Virus record (IMG/VR): IMGVR_UViG_3300032562_000025
Location: 1-58,503 of that record
Origin: a virus
Lineage: Duplodnaviria > Caudoviricetes
Direction: 5' to 3' (one strand)
Length of the DNA: 58,503 nt
The translations under genes and the position numbers were made by a program. Under the pieces are notes generated by a model. The model was not told the origin of the DNA and made no database searches. It saw only the letters and a list, made by a program, of their open reading frames with translations. Numbering within the stretch: the stretch's first letter is position 1; each line of letters begins with the position of its first letter. Shown piece by piece: positions 9,560-18,728 of the stretch.

Positions 9560-10876
9560 TTATTTATTCTCCTTCTGCTTTTCAATCCACTGCCCAATCC
9601 TTTCAACTGTAATCAAATAAGATTCATCCGAAATGTCGCAAGCAATTACGCTTAACTTTTGTTCAAGCCCCGCTTCAATAAATGCTCCACTCCCCATAAA
9701 TGGATCAGCCATAACCATACCCGGCAATGTGCATCGCTTAATTAATTCCATGCCAAGAGCTAATGGTTTTTCAGCTCCATGCTTTTTCTCACTTGGATTC
9801 ATTCGTGGCAACTGAATCCAATCAACCTTCCCTTCAACAATTAACTTCGATTCTGCTTTTCGAGCAAATAAACACATTTCATATGCTGAAGTTGGCCATT
9901 TACTTGGTTGGTTGGATTGTCCACTTGAACCCTTAATCCAGACAAACGGTTTTACATGAACAATCCAGCCGGCTTTTTCAAATATTTCCTTAATCTTCCA
10001 AAAATTCTCAGGGCCCAAAAACACCCAAGCATGTGCGTTGTCCTTTGTAAATCGGTAAGATTCAATTGCTAATGCTTCATATAAATCAAAGGCAATATCA
10101 TGGTCATCTTCATAAGTGAAACCCGTACCTGAAAACTCACCACCAGTTTGCCCACCGATTCCGATAGCAATTTCATCAATATCAATTCCATAAATCGGAT
10201 CAGTTAAAAGTAAATCAACTGATTTACTCGGAATTGTTTTCATAAAAACCTTCGCATCTGCCTTTGAAATAATCACTGGCAATTCAACATCCTTCGTCAT
10301 TTCTTTATATTTTTCAAGTGCATCAATACGTCTTACAACATTTTCAATGCCTTTGGCTGCTTTCTTAATCTCGGTTTTTGTTTTTGCTTCTTTCAATTCA
10401 GGATATTTGTGAATCATTTCTGCCAATTGTAACGCTTCCCTTACGTTACCTTCCGTTCTGCCCATTACTTCAGCCGTATCTTCAAGTCGCCAACCTTCAG
10501 GATTTGAACGATCTGAAGCTGACCCATGACGTTCAATCCTTATCCGATGCAATTCTTCAATTGCTAAAACTTCTTCAGCAGGAGTGAAATTTTCTCTCTG
10601 CAAATTTTCTTCAATTTCCATTTCTCTCATTTCACTTTTATCAAGTGTATCGTTAAAACAACAGTGTGCATTTATACCTAAAATCATGCAAGCGGCTAAT
10701 CGCCGACCACCTGCAATTAATTCATAATTTCGATTTATCAATATGGGTAATAACTGACCATACTTTTTGATTGAGTCGGCCAATTCATTTATTTTATTTA
10801 TATCTTGTCGAACACGTGGTAAATCTTCATTAATTTTAATTTGAGATGGATTAACTTCGAGGATTTCCTTACCCAT
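9560..10876 (-). CDS. ParB-like N-terminal domain + HTH fused to an N6-A/N4-C DNA methyltransferase
   Basis: LADSIKKYGQLLPILI, LIAGGRRLAA, EENLQRENFTPAEE, HTH WRLEDTAEVMGRTEGNV. MTase TDPIY, H..EKP, DPFMGSG (beta-class motif order). Confidence 0.88.
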   Translation of the reverse strand: MGKEILEVNPSQIKINEDLPRVRQDINKINELADSIKKYGQLLPILINRNYELIAGGRRLAACMILGINAHCCFNDTLDKSEMREMEIEENLQRENFTPAEEVLAIEELHRIRIERHGSASDRSNPEGWRLEDTAEVMGRTEGNVREALQLAEMIHKYPELKEAKTKTEIKKAAKGIENVVRRIDALEKYKEMTKDVELPVIISKADAKVFMKTIPSKSVDLLLTDPIYGIDIDEIAIGIGGQTGGEFSGTGFTYEDDHDIAFDLYEALAIESYRFTKDNAHAWVFLGPENFWKIKEIFEKAGWIVHVKPFVWIKGSSGQSNQPSKWPTSAYEMCLFARKAESKLIVEGKVDWIQLPRMNPSEKKHGAEKPLALGMELIKRCTLPGMVMADPFMGSGAFIEAGLEQKLSVIACDISDESYLITVERIGQWIEKQKENK

Positions 10877-10891
10877 TTAATTTCTCCTTAT

Positions 10892-11134
10892 TCATTCCAT
10901 TTTCATCTTCATTAAATCTTTTTGAGACAATCCCAACTTCTTAATCAATTCCTTTTCAGAGTCCGTCAACGTAAAATTTACGTTACCTGACTTCTTTCCT
11001 TTTGTAACCTTAACTTTTGAAGCAATATATGTTTGAATGTCAATATTCCTTCGTTTACGATATTCAGCAAACATTTTAACTTGTTCATCGTGAGTTGATT
11101 GAAGGAATAATGGTTTTAACTGTTCAAATCTCAT
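10892..11134 (-). CDS. Hypothetical protein
   Basis: ORF in the operon with coupled start/stop. Contains a CGTAA-N3-TTACG site at 10970. Confidence 0.6.
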   Translation of the reverse strand: MRFEQLKPLFLQSTHDEQVKMFAEYRKRRNIDIQTYIASKVKVTKGKKSGNVNFTLTDSEKELIKKLGLSQKDLMKMKME

Positions 11135-11310
11135 TTAATTACTCCATCCTTTTTCAATGATCTTCTCATGAAATCTGCGACAAGTTGTTCGTTTGATTCT
11201 TCCTTGAGTTGATCAGATGAACCAACTGAAGTTTCATAGCCAAACTCATCTTTAGCTTTACCATAATTCTTTTCATGACAAATCTTCATACCTAACTTTA
11301 ACTTTTCCAT
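11131..11310 (-). CDS. 59-aa hypothetical protein, not in the ORF track
   Basis: MEKLKLGMKICHEKNYGKAK..., RBS GGAGG, stop overlaps next start. Confidence 0.55.
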   Translation of the reverse strand: MEKLKLGMKICHEKNYGKAKDEFGYETSVGSSDQLKEESNEQLVADFMRRSLKKDGVIK

Positions 11311-11327
11311 AATTTACCTCCCAAAAA

Positions 11328-11433
11328 TAAGGGAAGGATGGTGTGCCGCAGATTATTATCCTCTACGCTGCCTTTCACACCACTTTCATATCGGTTTGTT
11401 GAGGAACCTACACCGATACTATCCCTTCCCTTA
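11328..11433 (-). ncRNA. Candidate structured RNA (three-way junction)
   Basis: Minus-strand stems aagggaaggga/tccttccctt, tatcggt/accgata, gtggtgtg/cacaccat and cgtaga/tctgcg, followed by a U tract. Confidence 0.45.
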
Positions 11434-11440
11434 ATTTAAT

Positions 11441-11992
11441 TTACGTTGTTACCTGAACCATCCGGTCAATCTCATTGCTGAATCTGCCTTCATACTCACG
11501 AATTTTGATTTTGACATCCACGCTCAACCCAATCCATTCCTTATTTGCAATTGCTTCAGCTACAATTTTCCCGCTATTCATATTAACCTTCATGTTCTTG
11601 GAAAACTGCATAAGCATATTTATTTTTGCCTGCCTTTTCGTTCCCCTTCCACTCGAATCGGGAATATTTTCGTCTCCAGGCAACGGCATCCAATTCCTGT
11701 AAAAATGTTTACTTCCATCAAGTGGAGTCTCACCATCACTCATCAAACCACCATTGTCGTTAAGGACGACTTCCCACTGAATTGCTTGTTTCTCAACATT
11801 AAATGTTACGTTTGTCACTGCACCGTGGTAAGTTCCGTTCGGAACCAATGGACTTGCCTTCCACTCACCATCAAGATCAAAATCAGTCTGAATACCAATG
11901 CCATCACCCATGCCTGGAACAAAACCTCCTTCATTTGATTTTTCATACTCTGGAACAAATTCATCGCTTGTTGCTTCGTTACGCTTAGCCAT
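11441..11992 (-). CDS. DUF669-like single-stranded DNA-binding protein
   Basis: LVPNGTYHGAVTNV...WIGLSVDVKIKIREYEGRFSNEI, downstream of an AAA_24 ATPase as in Sak4 modules. Confidence 0.7.
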   Translation of the reverse strand: MAKRNEATSDEFVPEYEKSNEGGFVPGMGDGIGIQTDFDLDGEWKASPLVPNGTYHGAVTNVTFNVEKQAIQWEVVLNDNGGLMSDGETPLDGSKHFYRNWMPLPGDENIPDSSGRGTKRQAKINMLMQFSKNMKVNMNSGKIVAEAIANKEWIGLSVDVKIKIREYEGRFSNEIDRMVQVTT

Positions 11993-12096
11993 GTTATTGG
12001 CCTCCTTTAAATATATTTTAGCTCATTACTGAGCTTGCTGCCTTTTGTTCTTTGTACTTATTTACTCCTATGCCCAATGTTGGGCTGGTGCTTTGA

Positions 12097-12285
12097 TTAA
12101 ATTGAATCTCCATTGATTCCCTTTACTCTTCTATTTAACTCACTTACCGTTTCCTGATATTGTCTTTCAAGATGTGGGGCTAAAATTGGATCTTTACCTA
12201 CTTTTTCAAGATCATTTTTAATCCTATCTCCAAAGGCAATACGATTTTGTAATTCTTGGTCAGTACATTCATTAACTGGCTTCAT
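12097..12285 (-). CDS. Hypothetical protein
   Basis: Coupled ORF (ATGA overlap). Confidence 0.55.
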   Translation of the reverse strand: MKPVNECTDQELQNRIAFGDRIKNDLEKVGKDPILAPHLERQYQETVSELNRRVKGINGDSI

Positions 12286-13022
12286 TTTTTCACCACCTTG
12301 TTTAAATGTTGCATAACTTCAATATAATTGTTACCAACAAAATCAGGAAGTAAATGTTCAATTCCACTCAAACGTGATCTTGCCCGTAAAAATCCAATTG
12401 GTACTGTTTGAAGTAAATATATTGTTTTGATTACTCCATTAATATTTTCCCTTTTTGTTGTAGCATAATAAACTTCATCGAAATAACCAGTAATTAATTT
12501 TGGTAGTTGGCCAGGTAATGATGGGTCAACTCTAATAACTGCACCTGTTGCTTTATCTGTAATAATTTCATCATGAGAAATTAAAACAATATTACAAGGT
12601 AAACTTATAATTTGTCTTAATTTACCCTCCATTAAGTTTCTTACTAATGAATAGTGTACTTGCCATAATGGACCACCTGCTTCATTCCTCTTCGGGTCAA
12701 GGGCTAATGCCTGTTCCATAGTTACTGACTCCATTGACGTTAAATCATCTACAACTACTGTCTGGTAAACTCCTTCTTTTGCTTTTTTAATAACTTCAAT
12801 ATGTGCTTTTTCGAATTCTCTCCAGCCTTGCTGTGTTAATTGGAATGTATCATAATCAAAATCTTTTCCTTTGTATGAAATTATACTGTTAGAAAAATCA
12901 TAAACATATCCTTTTGTAGGAAAAGTTGAAGCAAATATACTTTTTCCTGTTGAAGGAGGCCCAATAATTAGACATTTAATAAATTCAGTATTAACTGTTA
13001 CATCCATTGCACTTGATGGCAT
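12282..13022 (-). CDS. AAA_24/Sak4-like ATPase (recombinase)
   Basis: GPPSTGKS Walker A, VVVDDLT Walker B, NIVLISH, GYFDEVY, ARSR. Confidence 0.85.
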   Translation of the reverse strand: MPSSAMDVTVNTEFIKCLIIGPPSTGKSIFASTFPTKGYVYDFSNSIISYKGKDFDYDTFQLTQQGWREFEKAHIEVIKKAKEGVYQTVVVDDLTSMESVTMEQALALDPKRNEAGGPLWQVHYSLVRNLMEGKLRQIISLPCNIVLISHDEIITDKATGAVIRVDPSLPGQLPKLITGYFDEVYYATTKRENINGVIKTIYLLQTVPIGFLRARSRLSGIEHLLPDFVGNNYIEVMQHLNKVVKK

Positions 13023-13042
13023 TTTAAATCACCCCTTTAAAT

Positions 13043-13690
13043 TTAGTCAATTATTTTTGGATAAAAATCAACTGGAAACATTGCCTCAATAATTTCAGGC
13101 TTATTTTTAAATGCATCTCTGAAAAATCGTTGAGCAATTACTTTATCATTATCACTTAACTTCATATATTTTTCAAACATTGACTTTGCATAAGTTAATT
13201 CATTCTTGAATGACCATGCCTCGTCAACTTTTGCAAATACTTCAGATCTAATTGAAGATGTTTCTTTAACAAACTTATCATATTCATCTTTCTTTTTTGT
13301 AAACTCCTTTTTAAGCTTTTCATTTGTTATCAGCATATCCCTGACTTTATATATATTCTCCCCTGTGTAATATTTCTCTTGTTGCAATGATAAATCAGTA
13401 TCAGGTTCAGTCCATTGATATGAATAACCTATTCCACTGTAATCATACTTCATTTTGAGTACACTCATTTCAAGAACTTTTTGTGCGTCTTCTGCATTTT
13501 TAAACATCATACTTCCAACTTTAAAAACGATCTCGGTTTTTTGTAAGTCAAATTCACGGTATTCAGGTAATTGTGGTTCCATTACTGGCAAAATACCAGC
13601 AAATGCAATTTCAACATCAATTAAGTTTTGAATCTCATCCTGAGATAATTCCGTCAACTCATCATTAGTTAATTCATTAAAACGCTTCAT
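13043..13690 (-). CDS. Hypothetical protein
   Basis: 215-aa ORF with RBS AGGAGG. Confidence 0.65.
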   Translation of the reverse strand: MKRFNELTNDELTELSQDEIQNLIDVEIAFAGILPVMEPQLPEYREFDLQKTEIVFKVGSMMFKNAEDAQKVLEMSVLKMKYDYSGIGYSYQWTEPDTDLSLQQEKYYTGENIYKVRDMLITNEKLKKEFTKKKDEYDKFVKETSSIRSEVFAKVDEAWSFKNELTYAKSMFEKYMKLSDNDKVIAQRFFRDAFKNKPEIIEAMFPVDFYPKIID

Positions 13691-13766
13691 GTTTAAACCC
13701 TCCTGGTTTATTTATTTCAATTCAGATACCGTAAATATTACGTTATCAATTTATTGATTAATTGAC

Positions 13767-14870
13767 TTATTCTCCATCCTCAATCAACTCAACATCCCAA
13801 AATTGTTGCTTAAACCCTTCAGGAATGTTCTCAACAAATTCACTCGGTTCAGTGTTACTCGTACATAAGCCATAAAATTGACACTTACGGTTATAATCAA
13901 AGCAAGAATCGAATTGACATGGAAAATAATTACTTTTCTCACATTGATAAATATCTCCGCACGTTTTAAGGAAGGACATTTTCCACTTAAAAATATCATC
14001 ATCTGTAAATATTTGTGGAGTACGTGAAAAATCAATCGTTACCTTTCCATATTCACCTGACTTGCCCTTCCTTGAAAACAACTGGTGCAATGTCACCAAT
14101 GCGCCTGTGGCATCGAAGTTAAGCACACGTTTAGCAGCATAAGAATACCCAATGATTTGAGGGGAACGATATAAACGGGCTTCTTGAATAGCTAACGATT
14201 GTCCAGTTGTCTTAAATTCATCAATCCACTTCGTTTCGTTTAACTTCATTTGTAAATCCAACTTCCCTGTATAAACAATAGGTGGTAAGTAACCAAACAT
14301 TTCAGCTTCAATCTCCGTTTCCAACTCCATTACCAATGAAAACACTTGTTCAGTTGCAATAACTTCCAATGTATTTTGGTCAGCTTCAAAATGAGTAATG
14401 TAATTAATAAATGAAGTGGTACAATTTTCAAAGGTACGATAATCATCCCAGAACATTGCACCTTCACTACTTTCATCCCATGACTTTTTACCAAGTAAGA
14501 TCGCATTATTAATAGCAATACTTCGTTTAGCCCATCCGTATTGCTTAATTGTTCCATAAAACCCTTCCATAAATGCATGAAAACAACTTCCATATCTTAA
14601 TGCAGTTGAGCCATAAATGGATTTAAGACCAAGCATATGGCTTAACTGGAATTTTCGTAAGCATCGAACTGCCGTTGATCGCTTCGTATTGTCCAATCTA
14701 ATTTCAGTCAAATAAGAACGAATTGGTAATGTCTGAACTTGTTCTTGATTTGAATTGGTTAAGAATTGATTTTGATTTGAGTATGATGGTTTTATTATTG
14801 CTTCGGATTCTAAATTGAATTCTTCGATGACTTCAGTATTAAGGACATTAATCTCAATTTCATTTGCCAT
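13767..14870 (-). CDS. PD-(D/E)XK (RecB/Cas4-like) exonuclease
   Basis: RCLRKF, YGSCFH, GKLDL, IDEFKTT, QIIGY and the C-terminal Cys cluster SCFDYNRKCQFYGLC. Confidence 0.85.
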   Translation of the reverse strand: MANEIEINVLNTEVIEEFNLESEAIIKPSYSNQNQFLTNSNQEQVQTLPIRSYLTEIRLDNTKRSTAVRCLRKFQLSHMLGLKSIYGSTALRYGSCFHAFMEGFYGTIKQYGWAKRSIAINNAILLGKKSWDESSEGAMFWDDYRTFENCTTSFINYITHFEADQNTLEVIATEQVFSLVMELETEIEAEMFGYLPPIVYTGKLDLQMKLNETKWIDEFKTTGQSLAIQEARLYRSPQIIGYSYAAKRVLNFDATGALVTLHQLFSRKGKSGEYGKVTIDFSRTPQIFTDDDIFKWKMSFLKTCGDIYQCEKSNYFPCQFDSCFDYNRKCQFYGLCTSNTEPSEFVENIPEGFKQQFWDVELIEDGE

Positions 14871-14904
14871 TTTATCCACCTTTCCCTCATTTCAGGGTTT
14901 TAAA

Positions 14905-14960
14905 AACATGGCTAAGGATATGTGATCAAGGGGTAGGATTCACATTCCTTAGCTCATGTT
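14905..14960 (-). terminator. Long imperfect hairpin (terminator or RNA processing site)
   Basis: aacatg-gctaagga-tatgtga pairs with tcacat-tccttagc-tcatgtt, with a U run downstream on the minus strand. Confidence 0.55.
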
Positions 14961-14987
14961 GCCTTCAATTAAATGAAGGCTCGAAAA

Positions 14988-15437
14988 TTACAGTTTAAAT
15001 CCGAGTTTTGCAAGAAGAGCCATTGCAACTTCCTGGTCCTCACTGGAAAGACCAGCGATTTTGGACTTAACATCAGACTTACTGATTTTCTCAGCAGCAG
15101 GTGCACGAACTGTCCAATCGTTAGCCATAAGACCATTCCATACTTTTGTGATGGAAGTAACAACTTCCTGCCCTGATTTACCAGCACCGGCATCACCCAA
15201 CTTATGACCAAGACCAAATGGGCCAAGTTTGGCCTGAATTTCCATTGGAAGATCATTAAAATCGAAGTTTAATACCGTTCCGGTCACACCTTCAGTCAAT
15301 GTTACAATCGTACCTTCAAAACTTTTACCGAGTTTTTTCTTTTTTACTTCCGTTTCACCTGCTGGTGTTCCTACTTCATTTACATTTGTATCAAGTTCCA
15401 TACCTTCCTCCTGTTCTCCTTTTGATTTTCTGCTCAT
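14988..15437 (-). CDS. Hypothetical phage protein (probable paralog of 21603..22061)
   Basis: RBS AAGGAG. LPMEIQAKLGPFGLGHKLGDAGAG motif. Confidence 0.7.
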   Translation of the reverse strand: MSRKSKGEQEEGMELDTNVNEVGTPAGETEVKKKKLGKSFEGTIVTLTEGVTGTVLNFDFNDLPMEIQAKLGPFGLGHKLGDAGAGKSGQEVVTSITKVWNGLMANDWTVRAPAAEKISKSDVKSKIAGLSSEDQEVAMALLAKLGFKL

Positions 15438-15637
15438 TTTATATCTCCTTTTTGGTTTATATTCCTCAGGGAATTGCTCCCTTTTAAGGTCTCCTTTTTA
15501 CTTCTTTTCTCCTCAGTGGTAAGGAATAATTCGAGGGAATGTTTCAATAATTCGTCAAGTGTCATGCAACTCCTAACAACATAATCCTTCGCTTTAATAT
15601 ATAAATCAGTATCAATTTTTGCCTGAATGTGTCTCAT
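15434..15637 (-). CDS. Ribbon-helix-helix DNA-binding protein
   Basis: MRHIQAKIDTDLYIKAKDYVVRSCMTLDELLKHSLELFL matches the Arc/CopG strand-helix-helix pattern. Confidence 0.65.
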   Translation of the reverse strand: MRHIQAKIDTDLYIKAKDYVVRSCMTLDELLKHSLELFLTTEEKRSKKETLKGSNSLRNINQKGDIK

Positions 15638-15641
15638 TTCT

Positions 15642-15890
15642 TTATCCTTTAAGTGGAGGTATACTAACTGCAGTTATAATTGCATCAAGGGCATCTTCAA
15701 CCGTAATACCACCTTTCATTACATCAGTTAAGATTGACCTTGTATATTCAGTAATATCACTTGTGCAAATACAATCTCCCCACTTACAACTTATTACGCA
15801 AGTATCATTTTTCTCATGGAGTTCCTTATGCTTACATTTTGGTGAGTTACATTTTTCATTGTTTACACATCTAAAACTTTGTCCTTTCAT
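15642..15890 (-). CDS. Cys-rich hypothetical protein
   Basis: RBS GGAGG. First gene after the promoter at 15935-15963. Confidence 0.55.
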   Translation of the reverse strand: MKGQSFRCVNNEKCNSPKCKHKELHEKNDTCVISCKWGDCICTSDITEYTRSILTDVMKGGITVEDALDAIITAVSIPPLKG

Positions 15891-15934
15891 AAAACCTCCA
15901 TGATTTCATCATTAATCGTTCATTTAATACCCAT

Positions 15935-15963
15935 ATATTATCATAATTCAATGAAGATGTCAA
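15935..15963 (-). promoter_or_regulatory. sigma70-type promoter (leftward)
   Basis: TTGACA-17 nt-TAATAT with extended TG, nearly identical to the promoter at 20080-20108. Confidence 0.75.
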
Positions 15964-16003
15964 TATAAATATTGAAGTTCATGCAATTATATTAAGTTCA
16001 TAA

Positions 16004-16453
16004 TCATAATGGATATAATTTGCATGATAATTCCATTATCTTTTCAATTAATTCCTCCTTACTCATTTCATTTAAGATCATATTACATAATTTGCATCGG
16101 TTGTCAGTTGCATTTAAAACCCTGAATTCTTCTGGCTTAATGGATAAGTGAATCGCAATTAATGCTGTCCTTTCCTCATCCCAAGCCATTTTAAACCATT
16201 GTTCCCTAATGGTGTTACACGTTTTACACTTAATGATTGCAACTAAGTTATACTCCTCAACTGCTTTCTTTTTGGGTGACTTAATAAATGATTTGTTTAT
16301 CTTATTCATTCCTGCCTTAACGATTGCTTCAGGCACAATTCCCAATTTAACTAACAATTCAGCAGTTGCATTTCTCTTATCAATTGGTAAATCGTAAAGG
16401 AGTTGGGTTATCTTGCCTAACTTAATGTCCGTTTTATCACTCATTTTATTCAC
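16004..16453 (-). CDS. Hypothetical zinc-binding protein
   Basis: CKTC...CKLC. Confidence 0.6.
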   Translation of the reverse strand: MNKMSDKTDIKLGKITQLLYDLPIDKRNATAELLVKLGIVPEAIVKAGMNKINKSFIKSPKKKAVEEYNLVAIIKCKTCNTIREQWFKMAWDEERTALIAIHLSIKPEEFRVLNATDNRCKLCNMILNEMSKEELIEKIMELSCKLYPL

Positions 16454-16456
16454 CCC

Positions 16457-16798
16457 TTAATTAATTTTAATTCCTAACTTTTTCAAAACATTCATTTCAT
16501 CTTCAGTCAGCCATTTTGAAGTTGATTCCTGTTTTTGAGTTTCCCACTCAGCCCTTCCCAACTCAATAAATTGAGGGCATAAAAATAATCCTATGTTTAG
16601 CGTTAAACCCTTAAACAATGGAAATTTCCTTTCAATGTATTCATGAAACGTATCCTTAATTAATGAATGTGATAGTGTTATTTCTAAGCTCAATGGGCAG
16701 TCACCACCGTAATATTTACGCCCGAAATGGTACTTGTCGCAATTCAGACAAGTGATTAATGAATTATTAAGATTAACGCTTGGAATGTTTGGATTCAT
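16457..16798 (-). CDS. Hypothetical protein
   Basis: ORF in the operon, CLNC...CP. Contains a motif site at 16708. Confidence 0.55.
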   Translation of the reverse strand: MNPNIPSVNLNNSLITCLNCDKYHFGRKYYGGDCPLSLEITLSHSLIKDTFHEYIERKFPLFKGLTLNIGLFLCPQFIELGRAEWETQKQESTSKWLTEDEMNVLKKLGIKIN

Positions 16799-16949
16799 TT
16801 TCTTCCTCTCTTTGACTTAAGCACTCACGGATAATTAACTTCCGAATGATTTGGGAATATGATAAGTGTCCGGCAATCTTCCTTAACATTTCAAATTCAT
16901 TCGGCTTTAAGTAAACTGCTGCTTTCATTCGTCCGTTGTAACTGTGCAT
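16773..16949 (-). CDS. 58-aa ribbon-helix-helix-like protein, not in the ORF track
   Basis: MHSYNGRMKAAVYLKPNEFEMLRKIAGHLSYSQIIRKLIIRECL..., RBS GGAGG. Confidence 0.55.
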   Translation of the reverse strand: MHSYNGRMKAAVYLKPNEFEMLRKIAGHLSYSQIIRKLIIRECLSQREEENESKHSKR

Positions 16950-16952
16950 GGT

Positions 16953-17216
16953 TTAAACCTCCAATTTTGGGAAGATATATCCAATTATTTCTTCATCAAT
17001 CAATGGCTGAATTAATTTACCTTCTTCAGCCATAATTAATTGAAATACTGCATCGAATGTAGGTGCAGTTTTATAAATACCCTTATCAAGATAAATTGCA
17101 CACTCAGTTTGTATTTGTTTTTCTCTTCTTATATCTTCATTATAATGATAACTAACCGAAAAATACTTACCAGGAAATTCCTTTCTCATTGCTTCAACAC
17201 ACTCCTTAAATGTCAT
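16953..17216 (-). CDS. Hypothetical protein
   Basis: RBS AGGAGG, coupled ORF. Confidence 0.55.
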   Translation of the reverse strand: MTFKECVEAMRKEFPGKYFSVSYHYNEDIRREKQIQTECAIYLDKGIYKTAPTFDAVFQLIMAEEGKLIQPLIDEEIIGYIFPKLEV

Positions 17217-17530
17217 TGGATGTCCTCCTTTTTAATTGGCTCCCATTTTTCAATCTCTTTTAAGATTTCCATCAGATGCCAATAACCACAAAAATCCTTA
17301 GCTGCATCTTCCTTTTCATCCGTCAAATCATTTCCTTTCAACATCTTTTTAAGCTTATCATCCATTCGTAATTTCATTAAGTCTAATGCACTTCCTTTGG
17401 AATAAATGTTGATTGCTTCGAAGGCTGAATTTCCGTAAGCACGGTTTTTCTTAATTAAGAAATTTCCGTATTCAATCATATGCTTCCTTATTAACGATTC
17501 AACTTGTCTTTGTGTTGGTTTCCTTTCCAT
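17213..17530 (-). CDS. DUF1599 / nucleotide-modification-associated domain protein
   Basis: IKKNRAYGNSA, LRMDDKLKKM, EDAAKDFCGY. Confidence 0.7.
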   Translation of the reverse strand: MERKPTQRQVESLIRKHMIEYGNFLIKKNRAYGNSAFEAINIYSKGSALDLMKLRMDDKLKKMLKGNDLTDEKEDAAKDFCGYWHLMEILKEIEKWEPIKKEDIQ

Positions 17531-17819
17531 GTTTAATCCTCCTTAATTATTTATATTTTATTCATTTTTGCCGGTTTTGGTTTAATTAATCAATGGCAAT
17601 GCCATGCCATTTGACCGGAACATGGTTATTTTCTCGAAAAAATCGAGGTACATGGACAATCATACGCATTTTTGATTTTGCCAATATTAGCCCTCACTAA
17701 GGTTTACATTAATTTCATCCATACCGTAAATTTTACGATACCTCCCTCATGGCAATTTATTCAGTAAAATAACAAACAAAAAACCGAAAATTGGCCAAGC
17801 TAACCATAAGCAAATCACT

Positions 17820-18026
17820 TCAATAATTTCCATCACTTCCATAAGTCACCTCATCAATTGGATATTTCTTAATCAAATTCCATGCCCTTCCTTCACTTCC
17901 ACTTTTAATTAATATTTTAATCCTTAAATAAATGGAATAAGGCACGTCCCGATAATGGTATGCTTTTTTATTTGTGTAAATTGTCAACCTTGCTCCGTTT
18001 TCATTATAAGTATATGTTTTTATCAT
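17820..18026 (-). CDS. KTSC-like domain protein
   Basis: YHYRDVPYSIY...SEGRAWNLIK. Confidence 0.5.
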   Translation of the reverse strand: MIKTYTYNENGARLTIYTNKKAYHYRDVPYSIYLRIKILIKSGSEGRAWNLIKKYPIDEVTYGSDGNY

Positions 18027-18036
18027 TATTCATTCC

Positions 18037-18264
18037 TCAGCATAACGGACATTCGTCAAAATCTTGCTTTCCGTGAATTGGGCAGTCGTATCCTTCTTCC
18101 TCGTCCTTATCTGCATAATATTTTCTATCTGCTTCAATATAAACTCTCCAATCTTCATCCGTTTCCGTTTCCATTTCTATTTCCAATTCCCGCTCAGGAT
18201 CATATTCAGGAAATTCATCCAATTTATCCTCATTCTTAAATGTTTTAAGTGATATTATTGTCAT
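18037..18264 (-). CDS. Acidic protein with C-terminal zinc knuckle
   Basis: D/E-rich, CPIHG...CPLC, RBS AAGGAG. Confidence 0.55.
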   Translation of the reverse strand: MTIISLKTFKNEDKLDEFPEYDPERELEIEMETETDEDWRVYIEADRKYYADKDEEEGYDCPIHGKQDFDECPLC

Positions 18265-18425
18265 TTTATTCTCCTTTCAAATAAAATTCATTTATCGAAT
18301 AAATTCAAGCCATAAATAATATCCTGCAATTATCCAAGATACAATTGCAATTATTATTGACCAAAATATTATCTTCATTTTAATTAACCTCAATTTGAAT
18401 TCACGACTTAAGACAAATTTAAACA

Positions 18426-18453
18426 TTTCCTTGCTCAAGGGAAGACCATACGT
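18426..18453. repeat. 28-bp repeat copy 2 (intergenic)
   Basis: Matches 4895-4922. Core palindrome CCTTG-CT-CAAGG. Confidence 0.8.
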
Positions 18454-18487
18454 ACGTTTTTATTTTTGCTTAAGCCGTGAATTTCAT

Positions 18488-18706
18488 TTAAACTTCCTCA
18501 ACAATGATTTTAATTTTCCTTGCAAGTAACATTCCAACAGTTGTTTTCAATGCAATTGCAATATTTTCAAGCATGAACAACGAACATTCCTTTTTGCACC
18601 GCTCAACTTCATTAATATGGGTAACGGAAATTCCAACATTAATTGCAAGTTGTTGTTGGGTTAATCCATTCATTGTCCTGAATATTTTAATATTATTCCT
18701 TACCAT
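18488..18706 (-). CDS. XRE/Cro-family HTH regulator
   Basis: IKIFRTMNGLTQQQLAINVGISVTHINEVER...LENIAIALK. Confidence 0.88.
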   Translation of the reverse strand: MVRNNIKIFRTMNGLTQQQLAINVGISVTHINEVERCKKECSLFMLENIAIALKTTVGMLLARKIKIIVEEV

Positions 18707-18728
18707 TATTTCACCAATTCCTTAATTT

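Noticed and set aside
11328-11433. tRNA, hammerhead or c-di-GMP riboswitch
   Set aside because: No T-loop GTTC with cloverleaf, no CUGANGA core and no GEMM consensus. Kept as an unclassified structure.
13767-14870. CRISPR-associated Cas4
   Set aside because: No array or other cas genes. The context (AAA_24, DUF669) is a phage recombination module.
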